Of a stretch of DNA of 64,000 bases, positions 37,616 through 47,684 are shown piece after piece. Origin of the DNA: a virus. Each line of letters begins with the position of its first letter. The stretch's first letter is position 1. The stretch lies in IMG/VR virus record IMGVR_UViG_3300028581_000012; one strand, 5' to 3'. The position numbers and the translations under genes were made by a program. A model generated the notes under the pieces. The model ran no database searches and was not told the DNA's origin. It saw only the letters and a list, made by a program, of their open reading frames with translations.

Positions 37616-39207
37616 TGTCAAACGAATTACCACTTCCCAATAGTCAAATAATTTTCTTTGGTGTTTGTGTAGACAATCAAGACCCATTGATGCTTGGAAG
37701 AATAAGATGTCATCCAATACAAGAAAACATCGAGGCGATGAAAGGCACCATTAAAGGGTTTAATGAAAAAAGTAAAAGTACTTTAAATGGTCCTTGGGGT
37801 GAAAAAGACCCATTTATATTTTTACCATTTTTACCATATTTTGTTAATCAAGTACCTAAAAAGGATGAAATGGTTATGATTATATACTTTAATAACCAAC
37901 TTACAAAGGGTAGAAATAGGTTTTATTTAATTGGACCATACTCATCCCCCACAACGATTGAAAATGAAGATAATAGGTCATCAAGGACTCATACAGATAT
38001 GGGGTATCAAAACTCAAGAGAAAAATTACCAAATATCAAAGACCCTTATTCAAAAGAATACCCAAATAACAAAAATGCGGGAGTTTTTCCAGAACCTGAT
38101 GACATATCAATTAATGGTAGAGGTACGGCAGATTTTATATTAAAAAATAATGATTTGTTATTAAGAGCAGGTAAACACAAACCTTTTAAAACAGGGGAAA
38201 TACCTGAATATGATGACAACAGAGCTTTTATTCAATTATCAAAATTTACAAACAAACTTTCATACGGTGCTCCTGAATCTTATGTCAGATTAGAAAGACA
38301 AGAACAACAATTAAAATACTTAATTGAATATGATGTCTATAACCCTGAAAGTGCTCCTCAAATTTTTCAAGGAGATGTAACAATTTATCAATTACCTGAT
38401 AAAGAATCGAGGTCAACTAAAACAAGTCAATTTGAGTGGGATACTGAAATCACCGGTTCAACTTTATCCAAAGTCAGAATTGTAAAAATAGACCAACCTT
38501 TGGGTATTGATGATTTTGCAAAATTTGTATCTGACCAAATAGTTGCACTTAAAGATACTCCTGAACTAATGATTTCTAATTTACCGGCAAATGGTACGGT
38601 AAATCAAAACAACAACTCGGCAAATGAGTTACAATTTCCTTTTTATTACAGACCGTCAAAAAGAATTAGAAATATAATAAAATCTTTACCAAGTCAAAAC
38701 ACAATTACTGATTTTACAAATATGAATCAGTTAATATCAAAAGTTTTAATTACAACAACCGATGTTAGCCCTGGTTATGGGTTAGTTTTGGATAGAAAAG
38801 TAAGCCCTGAGTTACCATTCTTACCAAAAAGAGAAGTTTTCACACCAATTAAAACAGAACAAATTGATAATACAGTAGGTCTTATTGGAGCGTCCCAACT
38901 TTATCTACTATCACACGACACATCAATACCCGGAAAAGGTAAAATATCTTTACCTGGTTCAGTTTCGGGAATCAGTCCAACACAAGTTTTTGATGAGGTG
39001 GAACCTAAAACGTCTTCTATGGTTAGAGGTGAAGAACTATTGGAACTATTAGAATCTATTGTTGGATTTTTAGTTAGTCACGTTCACCCATATCCATTAT
39101 TACCTCCGTCAGGGGTTGCTTATGATGGAACTAGTATTGACGATTTAACCAAAAAAATGTTAGAGGCATATCAAAAAGTTTTAAACAGTAATATTCGAAT
39201 TAACTAA
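37615..39207 (+). CDS. Baseplate hub/spike protein (T4 gp5/VgrG-like OB-fold; C-terminal HxH tip)
   Basis: GVCVDNQDPLMLGRIRC, VP...E.V, GRGTAD, V.GE.L...L, HVHP. Confidence 0.75.
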   Translation: MSNELPLPNSQIIFFGVCVDNQDPLMLGRIRCHPIQENIEAMKGTIKGFNEKSKSTLNGPWGEKDPFIFLPFLPYFVNQVPKKDEMVMIIYFNNQLTKGRNRFYLIGPYSSPTTIENEDNRSSRTHTDMGYQNSREKLPNIKDPYSKEYPNNKNAGVFPEPDDISINGRGTADFILKNNDLLLRAGKHKPFKTGEIPEYDDNRAFIQLSKFTNKLSYGAPESYVRLERQEQQLKYLIEYDVYNPESAPQIFQGDVTIYQLPDKESRSTKTSQFEWDTEITGSTLSKVRIVKIDQPLGIDDFAKFVSDQIVALKDTPELMISNLPANGTVNQNNNSANELQFPFYYRPSKRIRNIIKSLPSQNTITDFTNMNQLISKVLITTTDVSPGYGLVLDRKVSPELPFLPKREVFTPIKTEQIDNTVGLIGASQLYLLSHDTSIPGKGKISLPGSVSGISPTQVFDEVEPKTSSMVRGEELLELLESIVGFLVSHVHPYPLLPPSGVAYDGTSIDDLTKKMLEAYQKVLNSNIRIN

Positions 39208-39230
39208 CTATTTATATATAAAATAGTTTA

Positions 39231-40712
39231 ATGTCAATTTACAGGTCATACTTCGATAAAAGTGATACAATAATACAAAATAGTTACACAAACACGGGAA
39301 GAAACCCGATTGTGGAATTATTTTATGGTCGCGTAGATAATTTAAGTGCGCCAATAGGATTTAGTCGTTATATTTTTGATATAGATTTAACAGACCTCCA
39401 ATCAAGAATTTCAGATAAAATTATTACTTCTGGCTGTGGCACAAATTTTACACATACCCTTCGTATGACAAATACTTCGTACTTTGATGAAAGTTTAATT
39501 AACGATAAAACATCACAAGGTAGAAGAAGGGCCACGTCTTTTGATTTAGTGTTATTTAGAATACCCAAAACATCAGGAACCACAGGACTTGCTCAAAATT
39601 GGGATAGTGGTGTTGGTTATGACTATTATGATTATCAAGTAACAAATTTAAATGATAGGTCATTTTCACAAAGACCCTCAAATTGGTATGAAGCAACAAT
39701 TATAAGTGGGTGGAGTTTAAATGGGATTTATGATAATACAAATTCGCAAACGGGTGGATTTAGTGGATTAAATTATTCGGCATTGACTATTGTTGATACA
39801 CAACATTTTGAATTTGGTGATGAAGATATTGAATTTGATATGTCAAGTGAAATAAATAATATTTTGAATGGAACACTAACTGGGGTAACAGGATGGGGTG
39901 TTGCATTTTATCCTGATGTGGAAAATATTAGTGGTATGACTGAAAACTATTCCGTTGGATTCTTTTCACCACATACCCAAACATTTTACGAACCATTTTT
40001 AGAAACAAATTATGACGATTTAATACTTGATGATAGAAATAAATTTTATTCAGGAAATAATAATGAACTTTATTTATATGTTTATGAAAACGGTAATGCG
40101 GTTAATTTAGACGCACTTCCAACAGTAGACATATTGGATTTAAACCAAAACCCACTGACCGGATTTACAGGATTATCAACATGTCAAGTAACAAAGGGTG
40201 TTTATAAATGTGATATAAATAATTTAACAGCGTCTACCGTACCTTGTTTATACTACGACGTATGGAAAGGTTTATCTGCAAACACCGTATCCATATCAGA
40301 TGTGACTTTGGAATTTGCACTACTACCTAAAAATGGTAATTTTCAAATAGGTTCAGTCACCCAACAACCAAAAATATATGGTTTTGAATTTAACGGCATA
40401 AGACAAAATGAAAAAGTTTTAAATACGGATATTAGAAAAGTTAACGTAATAATAAAACAAGCATATTCTTCTAATACGCCACTCACAACTGTTGAGGCAT
40501 ACTATAGAATATATGTTAGAGAAGGGGCAAGTACTGAAGTACAAGTACAAGATTGGACAAGAATTAATGAAGTTCCTGATGGGTTTTATTTCATTTTTGA
40601 TACAACTGATAAAATTCCAAATGAATATTTTGTCGATATTAAAGTTGTTAGTGATAGAAATGTGGACACTTATAAAAGAGAATTACAATTTCAAATTGTA
40701 AATAAAAAATAA
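39231..40712 (+). CDS. Virion structural protein (unknown function)
   Basis: Late motif upstream; W..G.G.D and FFS..T...Y.P.LE patterns; S/T/G-rich. Confidence 0.6.
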   Translation: MSIYRSYFDKSDTIIQNSYTNTGRNPIVELFYGRVDNLSAPIGFSRYIFDIDLTDLQSRISDKIITSGCGTNFTHTLRMTNTSYFDESLINDKTSQGRRRATSFDLVLFRIPKTSGTTGLAQNWDSGVGYDYYDYQVTNLNDRSFSQRPSNWYEATIISGWSLNGIYDNTNSQTGGFSGLNYSALTIVDTQHFEFGDEDIEFDMSSEINNILNGTLTGVTGWGVAFYPDVENISGMTENYSVGFFSPHTQTFYEPFLETNYDDLILDDRNKFYSGNNNELYLYVYENGNAVNLDALPTVDILDLNQNPLTGFTGLSTCQVTKGVYKCDINNLTASTVPCLYYDVWKGLSANTVSISDVTLEFALLPKNGNFQIGSVTQQPKIYGFEFNGIRQNEKVLNTDIRKVNVIIKQAYSSNTPLTTVEAYYRIYVREGASTEVQVQDWTRINEVPDGFYFIFDTTDKIPNEYFVDIKVVSDRNVDTYKRELQFQIVNKK

Positions 40713-40737
40713 AGATATATTTATATTATAAAAGATT

Positions 40738-41361
40738 ATGGCAGATTATTTTTATACGGTTGAAAATTGTGTTGACCAAAACGATACAGGAGTTTTTAGT
40801 TCAACCACACTATACTCGGTTGGTCAAGTTGTATCATTATTTACCCCATCAATTGGGTGTTACACAATAACTGAGGTTAATTTGGTTGGGGTTGCAACTT
40901 TAAATTTTGTATCGGTATATACAACTTGTTTAGAATGTATACAAACTACTGGAGGGGTTTTTGAATTCGAAAATTGTGCAAATCCTTCCGACCAACCATC
41001 AATAGACGTTATTGAATTTCCAATAGTTCCACAACTCAATCAAGTTTATAGTATATTGACAAGCTCCGGCACTTTAAACTGTTTTACTTTTCTTAGTTAT
41101 GAATCAGTTGGTAGTGCGACAGAAGGATTAGTAAGTATAGAAGGACCATATGTTGATTGCCCCCAATGTACAGTTTTAAGTTTACCTCAATCAGCGAATA
41201 CTGAAGTATTTGTTTGTGAATATATATGTGTGACTGGAGGTACAGGAAGTTCTGTTGTTGTTGTAACACCTCCACACCCACAATATTCTAACACTCAAGG
41301 TAATTCTGTAACACAATTGAACATGATTACACTCGGAGGTTTTAACGGATTAAATTCTTAA
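40738..41361 (+). CDS. Cys-rich repeat protein, probably virion decoration
   Basis: Two ENC...C.T...C..C repeats; late motif upstream. Confidence 0.55.
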   Translation: MADYFYTVENCVDQNDTGVFSSTTLYSVGQVVSLFTPSIGCYTITEVNLVGVATLNFVSVYTTCLECIQTTGGVFEFENCANPSDQPSIDVIEFPIVPQLNQVYSILTSSGTLNCFTFLSYESVGSATEGLVSIEGPYVDCPQCTVLSLPQSANTEVFVCEYICVTGGTGSSVVVVTPPHPQYSNTQGNSVTQLNMITLGGFNGLNS

Positions 41362-41363
41362 AT

Positions 41364-41828
41364 ATGAAAAATTTATCACAAATAATTAATAAAGTTCTAA
41401 GAGAAGAACACGAAAATAAAAGTTCTAGATATATGTTCTTTTCAAATTTAGAACAGATGAGAAGACAATGTGATTTGTTACTTGATTTGGACCACTCTAT
41501 GATTGAAGAAATTCTTGAAAATGGCCACGATTGGGCTCAAGACCATATTTCTGAAGCTAAAAATAATATGGACCAAGTTTTTGATTTTTTAATGAATGAA
41601 GTTAACGCAGATTTCCAAAAAGACGATATGTACGACAACGAAGAAATGATGATGCAAGAAGGTCGTAAAAAAACAGGTACAAAACTTTGCGCTAGGGGAT
41701 TGGCGTCCGCCAAAGCAAAATATGAGGTTCACCCCTCAGCCTATAGTAATGGACACGCAATACAAGTATGTAAAGGAAAAATTAAAGGACTTGACGGAAA
41801 GAGAAGATGTTCTGGTGCTTTTTGTTAA
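41364..41828 (+). CDS. Hypothetical protein: acidic N-region plus basic Cys-containing PSAY domain
   Basis: KLCARG..SAKAKYEVHPSAYSNG.A.QVCKG. Confidence 0.65.
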   Translation: MKNLSQIINKVLREEHENKSSRYMFFSNLEQMRRQCDLLLDLDHSMIEEILENGHDWAQDHISEAKNNMDQVFDFLMNEVNADFQKDDMYDNEEMMMQEGRKKTGTKLCARGLASAKAKYEVHPSAYSNGHAIQVCKGKIKGLDGKRRCSGAFC

Positions 41829-42559
41829 ATAGACCTTAATATTTTATTTATAAGAATTTCTAAGGACTCATTTTGAGTCCTTTTCTTTTTTGGTTTGTAT
41901 GATGTCATTATTGGTTTTTGACCTTTACCTGTTTGTGTATCTTGTTTTTCAGCCCTTCTTTTTTGTTGACATGCAGCCCTTTTTTCAGATGTACTCATTT
42001 TACCTGCAACCCCAGCAGCTCTACATTTCGGATAAGAACCTTTAGATGTGTCACTTCGACCACAAGGAGGATGTTTACCATCTACTTTTCTACAAATATC
42101 AACCCAAGGACCTTTTGGTTGTGAAGAACCTTTAGGTTTCTTTTTTTTACCAAACCATACGGCTAAATCTTCATTCAATGGAATTTTGTTTAAATCATAC
42201 CATTCATTCATTTTTTTTCCGATTACTTCAATTGGGACTATTCTTAACTTACTGTCGGCATTTTGATTTATAATACCTCCATCCTCATCATTTTGTTTTT
42301 TGTGTTTTTTATTATAATGGGATATTTTTTTTGATTTTTGTTCAAGGTTTTTAACATTTTTTCTATTAGATTCCAATGAACCATCATAACTATCGTATTC
42401 TAAATCTGCATTAAAATATTTAGAAACTTTTGTTTTAAAAGGGCCTAATTCACTTTCTTCCCAATCAATTTCACCCATAGTTAAAGGACCATTATAATAT
42501 CCAGCATATCTACTTGAAGTTATTTCTTTTATGACTTTTTGAATAATATTTTCTATCAT
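41825..42559 (-). CDS. Hypothetical protein with basic C-terminal domain (L..WF...WVDI...CGR.....YPKC)
   Basis: ORF track; motif type recalled from large phages (DUF5872-like, unverified). Confidence 0.65.
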   Translation of the reverse strand: MIENIIQKVIKEITSSRYAGYYNGPLTMGEIDWEESELGPFKTKVSKYFNADLEYDSYDGSLESNRKNVKNLEQKSKKISHYNKKHKKQNDEDGGIINQNADSKLRIVPIEVIGKKMNEWYDLNKIPLNEDLAVWFGKKKKPKGSSQPKGPWVDICRKVDGKHPPCGRSDTSKGSYPKCRAAGVAGKMSTSEKRAACQQKRRAEKQDTQTGKGQKPIMTSYKPKKKRTQNESLEILINKILRSI

Positions 42560-42580
42560 AATTATAAATATTATATAAAT

Positions 42581-42609
42581 AAAAAAAGGTCAGATTTCTC
42601 TGACCTTTT
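42581..42609 (-). terminator. Intrinsic terminator after major capsid gene
   Basis: Minus strand AAAAGGTCAGA-GAAA-TCTGACCTTTTTTT. Confidence 0.9.
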
Positions 42610-42631
42610 CTTTTATTAACCTTTAAATTGA

Positions 42632-44518
42632 TTATCTCAATTCTTGTAAGTCGAATGAACGAACACCATCAACTGTGATACGTCCGTAGAAACGGTTGTT
42701 AACCATTTTCTTAGCGTATCTTGTCATTATACCTTTAATAGGTGTAAAGTTGAATGGGTTGTACATTGTAGGTGTTAATTGAAGTGGAACATATGGTGCA
42801 TATACGTAACCAGTATCAAGAAGTGATGTACCTTTGTGTCCTAACAATACTTGGTTTGCTGGGAAGTAAGGGTCACGATATACTTGGTAACGACCTGCTA
42901 ATGTACCAACTCTTTCAATACCCATGTTGTATTGGTCTTGCTCAGGAGATGCGTTTGATACGTGGAAGTACTCAAGGTCATCAAAGATTGCAGAAACCTC
43001 AGAAGAAACAACAATCCAGTTAGCTCCACCACGAAGTGTAGACTTGTGGATTTGTGCTGACAATTGGTTGATTGCTGTAATCAAAGTTTGGTTCCAGTCT
43101 TTTTGAGTGTAAGAAGTTGTGTTAGACAATCTTCTCCATCCGTTGTAATCCCAACGTAAGTTCCAAGCCGCTCCTTTACGAAGGTCACGAAGAATCTCAC
43201 GGTCAATTTCTGCAGCAACTTGCTCAGACAATAAAGCTGTTAATTCAGCTTCAGCGTCGATGTTGTGGAATGCAGAAACGTCTTGTGCCAATTCAGGAGA
43301 CCATTGTGCTCTTAGTTTTCTTTCTGTCACAGATACAGTAACTGACTCAAGGTCGAAAGAAACCTCACCAATTTGGTCTTCGAATTCAAGTTCTTTGTAA
43401 CGTCTGTAAGCCGCCTTGATAACTGTGTTAGCACCTGCTCCAGACCAAGCACTTGTAAGAGTTGCTCCTGAATAACCATCAATAGTTTGTGCGTTAGAAC
43501 AAGATACACATACTGGTACTTGTGCGTCGATTTCTAAATATATAAAACCTGTTTGAGAACAGATATTATCATAAGAACCTCCGTTACCTGCTGTAGAACT
43601 TGCAAATCCACTACCAAAAGGGGCTGAAGTACTTGTTGAAGTTGGTCCTACAATACCTTGACCATATTTTTGAGTAACCACTCTGAATAATAATGGTGTG
43701 TATGTAGATGTCCCAAGGTTAGCAGCTGCTGCTGAACTTTCAGTATACAATACCAAATTAGATAAAAACGCTTCGTTATCAATTTCTTGACCATCAGGTC
43801 CAATTAATTTACCAACACCCGCAGAAGAAAATCCTGACATAGCTACAAGGATTTTTCTATACTCAACACCCGCAATTGCACTTACAGCTGTTGTATATGC
43901 AGATGCGATAAGACTTCCATTTGACCAAGCAACTGTTGGTGTAGAACCTGTTACAGTTACAAACTGACCTTTTGAGTAATCGAATAAACCAGATGGATTC
44001 AATCCTGGTTCAGAACCTTCATAAAATAAATCATAAAGACTTCTAGTATAAGAAGGATTGTAATCACCATTTGTGTTATTATAACCATCGTTAGTTTGTC
44101 CTTGCATACTTGGTGAACCGATTGGTCCATAATGTGTTCCTGAAGTGATACCCAAATTATTTTGAACAGTACCACCAGAGTATCCTTGGATTTTAGGTAC
44201 AAAATAGAACAATTTACCAATAGGTAAGTTCATTGCTTGTACAGAAACTAAATCGTTAGCCAACAATTTAGAGAATACACGTCTTACGATAGGGAAAACT
44301 ACAGTTTCAAAAGAACCTGAGCTATCTGTAGACGCAGCTTCGTTAATTAGGTGAGACGCTTGGTTTTCATATAACTGTGCCATGTTCTCTTTGATGTGTC
44401 CTTTAAGACCGTCTAGGAATCCTAATCTATCCCATTTGTTAATTGTATCTTCTTTGATAACTTTAAGGTGTTTTAACCCGATGTTACCAACAAGACCTGA
44501 TTCTAATAATGCTCCCAT
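42632..44518 (-). CDS. Major capsid protein (T4 gp23-like) with large insertion
   Basis: P.VRRVF..L.AND.VSVQAM..P.G, RKLRAQWSPELAQD..A.H.IDAEAEL..LLSE..AAEIDREI, YAPYVPL, G.MTRY. Confidence 0.97.
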   Translation of the reverse strand: MGALLESGLVGNIGLKHLKVIKEDTINKWDRLGFLDGLKGHIKENMAQLYENQASHLINEAASTDSSGSFETVVFPIVRRVFSKLLANDLVSVQAMNLPIGKLFYFVPKIQGYSGGTVQNNLGITSGTHYGPIGSPSMQGQTNDGYNNTNGDYNPSYTRSLYDLFYEGSEPGLNPSGLFDYSKGQFVTVTGSTPTVAWSNGSLIASAYTTAVSAIAGVEYRKILVAMSGFSSAGVGKLIGPDGQEIDNEAFLSNLVLYTESSAAAANLGTSTYTPLLFRVVTQKYGQGIVGPTSTSTSAPFGSGFASSTAGNGGSYDNICSQTGFIYLEIDAQVPVCVSCSNAQTIDGYSGATLTSAWSGAGANTVIKAAYRRYKELEFEDQIGEVSFDLESVTVSVTERKLRAQWSPELAQDVSAFHNIDAEAELTALLSEQVAAEIDREILRDLRKGAAWNLRWDYNGWRRLSNTTSYTQKDWNQTLITAINQLSAQIHKSTLRGGANWIVVSSEVSAIFDDLEYFHVSNASPEQDQYNMGIERVGTLAGRYQVYRDPYFPANQVLLGHKGTSLLDTGYVYAPYVPLQLTPTMYNPFNFTPIKGIMTRYAKKMVNNRFYGRITVDGVRSFDLQELR

Positions 44519-44552
44519 TTTTAAATTTTTTTTAGAGTTTATTTTATTTTTT

Positions 44553-46043
44553 TTATTTTATTTTGGACATTAAATCCTTCATCCTCATAAATTGAGGATT
44601 TTCATAAGCTTTAGATTCAATCAAGTTAGAAGATGAACCATTACTTGGAGTTTTAATAACTTTTTGTGTAATTGATTCAGTTACTACTGAATTTGGTGTA
44701 TCACCTAATTCTTCCTTGATTGATTTATAAAGTGTTTTTGATTCTTTCAAAGAGTCTACATTATCGAATCTTCTAAGAATGTTGATTTTTTCTTGTTTTG
44801 TTGTTGAGTGTTCTGTAAACAAACGTGTAGCGTAAGCCAAGTTTGAATTGAAAATTGCAACTTCATTTAATTTATTTCTAAAAAAGTCTAATGCTTTTCT
44901 ATACTCTTCATTTTTTTCTTTTAAAGTTTCAAATTCGTGAGACTCAAAAGTTAAATTTCTGTTTGGAGTGATTGCCTTTCTTAAACCTCTACCTTTTTTA
45001 GAACCATTTCCATAAGTTCTAGCAGCTTCAGCAGTTTCTACATCATCATCATCATCTTCTTCTTCGTCCATCCAACCATCTGAGATTTCATCCTCATCAG
45101 TTTCAGTAACACCATGCTTTAATTTTGAAGGATAAATCTTAGTTTTAAGTTTTCCGATTTTTCCTTTCGCTTTAAAAGCTTCAACAACATTTTCCAATGA
45201 TTCTTGGTCGATTTCATAAACTTGGTCGTCCATTTCGTACATGTCTTCATCCATATCTTCATACATTTCATCCATATGACCCATACCTTCGTTGTAGTCC
45301 ATTTCGTACATGTCTTCATCCATATCTTCATACATTTCATCCATATGACCCATACCTTCGTTGTAGTCCATTTCGTACATGTCTTCATCCATATGACCCA
45401 TACCTTCGTTGTAGTCCATTTCGTACATGTCTTCGTCCATATGACCCATACCTTCTCTATAGTCAAGTTCTGACATACCTCCCATCATTGAATCATCTTC
45501 AAAAACCAACTCATATGTTGTGTTTTCAGCCATTTGTTCAATTGGTTGTTCCATTGGTTGTTCGGGTTCTTCTGCCGCTAAACTGATTAAATATTCAGTA
45601 TTTGCTTTACCATCTTTTAAATGAACATAATCACCATCTTTTTTGATAATAAAACCATCCTCATCACCCATAGCCTTGAAAACTTTCATTAACTCGGGCA
45701 TTGAAGCGTTTGACATATCAAGTGGAGGTAATTCTTCACCTGATGGTGGCATCGCACCTTTACCATTATCAGCACCTACTTCAGGTTGTTGTGTTACAAC
45801 TTCCTCTTCAGCAGACACATCTTCTTCGCCTTCTTGTTCTGGTTCTTGTGGTTCTTCACCACCTTGTGATTGTTCCCTTAAAGACCTTTTAGAACCTAAA
45901 ATAGATTCTCTTACTAATTCGCCGATTTCTTCCTTCATAGTTGAAGCAAGTATTCCTTTTGCATTTTCACTAATCGCTTCCTCAATAGACTTCATTTGTA
46001 ATAAAGCCTCTTCGACTAAGGATTCTGTTTTTCTGTTACTCAT
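44553..46043 (-). CDS. Prohead core/scaffold protein (gp22-like position)
   Basis: Highly acidic, directly upstream of MCP, C-terminal coiled coil, many hydrophobic-x-E sites. Confidence 0.75.
   Translation of the reverse strand: MSNRKTESLVEEALLQMKSIEEAISENAKGILASTMKEEIGELVRESILGSKRSLREQSQGGEEPQEPEQEGEEDVSAEEEVVTQQPEVGADNGKGAMPPSGEELPPLDMSNASMPELMKVFKAMGDEDGFIIKKDGDYVHLKDGKANTEYLISLAAEEPEQPMEQPIEQMAENTTYELVFEDDSMMGGMSELDYREGMGHMDEDMYEMDYNEGMGHMDEDMYEMDYNEGMGHMDEMYEDMDEDMYEMDYNEGMGHMDEMYEDMDEDMYEMDDQVYEIDQESLENVVEAFKAKGKIGKLKTKIYPSKLKHGVTETDEDEISDGWMDEEEDDDDDVETAEAARTYGNGSKKGRGLRKAITPNRNLTFESHEFETLKEKNEEYRKALDFFRNKLNEVAIFNSNLAYATRLFTEHSTTKQEKINILRRFDNVDSLKESKTLYKSIKEELGDTPNSVVTESITQKVIKTPSNGSSSNLIESKAYENPQFMRMKDLMSKIK
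45228..45461 (-). repeat. In-frame tandem repeat (2x48 nt + 2x69 nt) in scaffold
   Basis: Encodes Y(R/N)EGMGHMDEDMYEMD x2 and YNEGMGHMDEMYEDMDEDMYEMD x2. Confidence 0.9.
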
Positions 46044-46130
46044 TAAAAAGCATTAATATTTGCGTTTATTTTATAATAAATATATCTACATTCCAAAAAG
46101 TTTTATTTTAACACAAAAAACCCATAAAAT

Positions 46131-46154
46131 AAAAAAGGTCCCTTTTGGGGACCT
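46131..46154 (-). terminator. Intrinsic terminator
   Basis: Minus strand AGGTCCCC-AAAA-GGGACCTTTTTT. Confidence 0.75.
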
Positions 46155-46175
46155 CATCATTAGATAATAAAAAAA

Positions 46176-46385
46176 TTACTCAATCACTTCATCAATCTTA
46201 CTTTCAACAATAGCGGTTATACGCCAATCTAAAGTATAAGTTTCATAAACTTTTGTGACTTTCGCCTCAACATCCGTTGGTGAAAAACCTTTAACAAGTT
46301 TTTCTTCTCTCATTTTTTTAATTTTTCCTGTGTTATCATCAACCATATCAGTTGTGATTTTTGCTACAAAATACTTCTCATCCAT
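46176..46385 (-). CDS. DUF4494-like small protein
   Basis: F..KI......G..KK..E..LV...S.T..EA pattern of the Bacteroidetes family. Confidence 0.6.
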   Translation of the reverse strand: MDEKYFVAKITTDMVDDNTGKIKKMREEKLVKGFSPTDVEAKVTKVYETYTLDWRITAIVESKIDEVIE

Positions 46386-46395
46386 TTTATTAATA

Positions 46396-47109
46396 TTATT
46401 TACCTAAATAATCCGATAATCTTTTCATTAAGTCAACAGATTTATCTAAACCACTATTACCACCACCATATGTATTTTCGTGTTCAGCCAATTTTTCTTC
46501 ATATCTTGGTCTGTCTTCAGCATTTAAATATAGATAAGCTCCAGGTGTTGATGGTGAAGATACAAGGTCAAAACAAATTAACTCAAAATCATCTTGTACT
46601 TCGTTTTCGTCACCCTTTTTTACCAAAGACCCGACTCCACGAGAAGATACTCCCATGGTGACTCCTTGTCTCATAAGATTTGCGGCAACATCACCCTTTG
46701 ATGTTACTATTCCTCTTTCGTGAAAACCGGGGCTAGTTAATAATTTAATTTTACCCATTAAAATATTTCCTTCCCACCACGTTTCAGTAATGAGGTGAGA
46801 TACTCTATCTAAATCTACTAACGATGATTCAGGGTGATTAAGTTCTGATATAGACATTCCTCTTTTGATAACATCTTGGTATTTTTCAGATTCTCTTTTT
46901 AATATTTTTTCGGGATAAACTCTTCCGTTTCTATTTGGAACACCGTATTTCTGTAGTGTTGCATAAAAAACAAATGGTTTTGAATGGTCAAGTTGTCCGT
47001 ATGATTCTCTAATTATATTTTGGTTTCTTGGTTCGTTTGGATTTATAATTCCTGCATCCCATTCAACAAGAATTCCTTTACCCGTATCTTTTGGTCCTAA
47101 AATTTTCAT
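46396..47109 (-). CDS. Prohead protease (T4 gp21-like)
   Basis: NRNGRVY, ELNHP, VSH, GVSSRGVGS, FDLVSSPSTPGA. Confidence 0.95.
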   Translation of the reverse strand: MKILGPKDTGKGILVEWDAGIINPNEPRNQNIIRESYGQLDHSKPFVFYATLQKYGVPNRNGRVYPEKILKRESEKYQDVIKRGMSISELNHPESSLVDLDRVSHLITETWWEGNILMGKIKLLTSPGFHERGIVTSKGDVAANLMRQGVTMGVSSRGVGSLVKKGDENEVQDDFELICFDLVSSPSTPGAYLYLNAEDRPRYEEKLAEHENTYGGGNSGLDKSVDLMKRLSDYLGK

Positions 47110-47129
47110 AATATTTTTATTAATAAATA

Positions 47130-47579
47130 TTATATTTCTTGTGTTTCTGCCAATTTTGTCTTACTTAATGTGAAATAAAGTGAATTTTTTAAATCATCCT
47201 TATAAATTGCAGATAAAATATTTTTTATTTTTGACCTTAAAATTAAAGATTTAAAATCGTAAGTATCGTTGTGAATAAAAAGTGTTACTTCTAAATTTAA
47301 AAAACTTTTTTTGTTTTTTTGAAGTCCACTTGTTCTAAGGTCCAAGTCTACTATATATTTTTTTTCAAAAATTTTATGGTCTACAACTTCAAGTAATGTG
47401 TGTAATATTTGTCTTTTTATACTTCCTGTGATTGAAACCCAGTTTGTGTAATCATCTTTTGGTTCAACCCACGTTTGTAAAATTAAATAAATTGATTTAA
47501 AATTTTTGGAATCGACTGTTCCATATTGACATTTTGCATCATCAAAAATGTTTAGTTTTGATGTTTTTCCTTTCTTCAT
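47130..47579 (-). CDS. Hypothetical protein
   Basis: ORF track; host-type promoter upstream. Confidence 0.7.
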   Translation of the reverse strand: MKKGKTSKLNIFDDAKCQYGTVDSKNFKSIYLILQTWVEPKDDYTNWVSITGSIKRQILHTLLEVVDHKIFEKKYIVDLDLRTSGLQKNKKSFLNLEVTLFIHNDTYDFKSLILRSKIKNILSAIYKDDLKNSLYFTLSKTKLAETQEI

Positions 47580-47607
47580 TTTTCATATGTAAGAGGTTTA
47601 TTTTTAT

Positions 47608-47664
47608 AAAATATAACAATTATAAAAGAATTTGTCAAAACCTAAAAAAGTTCGTATATTTATA
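47608..47664. promoter_or_regulatory. Divergent promoters sharing TTTGTCAAA: TTTG-N20-TATATTTT (minus) and TTTG-N20-TATATTTA/TATTTATA (plus)
   Basis: Both -33 boxes lie in the near-palindrome 47631-47639; both spacers are 20 nt. Confidence 0.55.
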
Positions 47665-47684
47665 TCAAAAAGGGTAAAAAATTT

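Noticed and set aside
45228-45461. Possible CRISPR-like array
   Set aside because: The repeats are contiguous, in-frame and coding, with no unique spacers.
45119-45586. Alternative-frame ORFs over the scaffold repeat (45119-45466, 45197-45586, 45204-45473)
   Set aside because: They stay open only because the tandem repeat lacks stops, and encode no recognisable protein.
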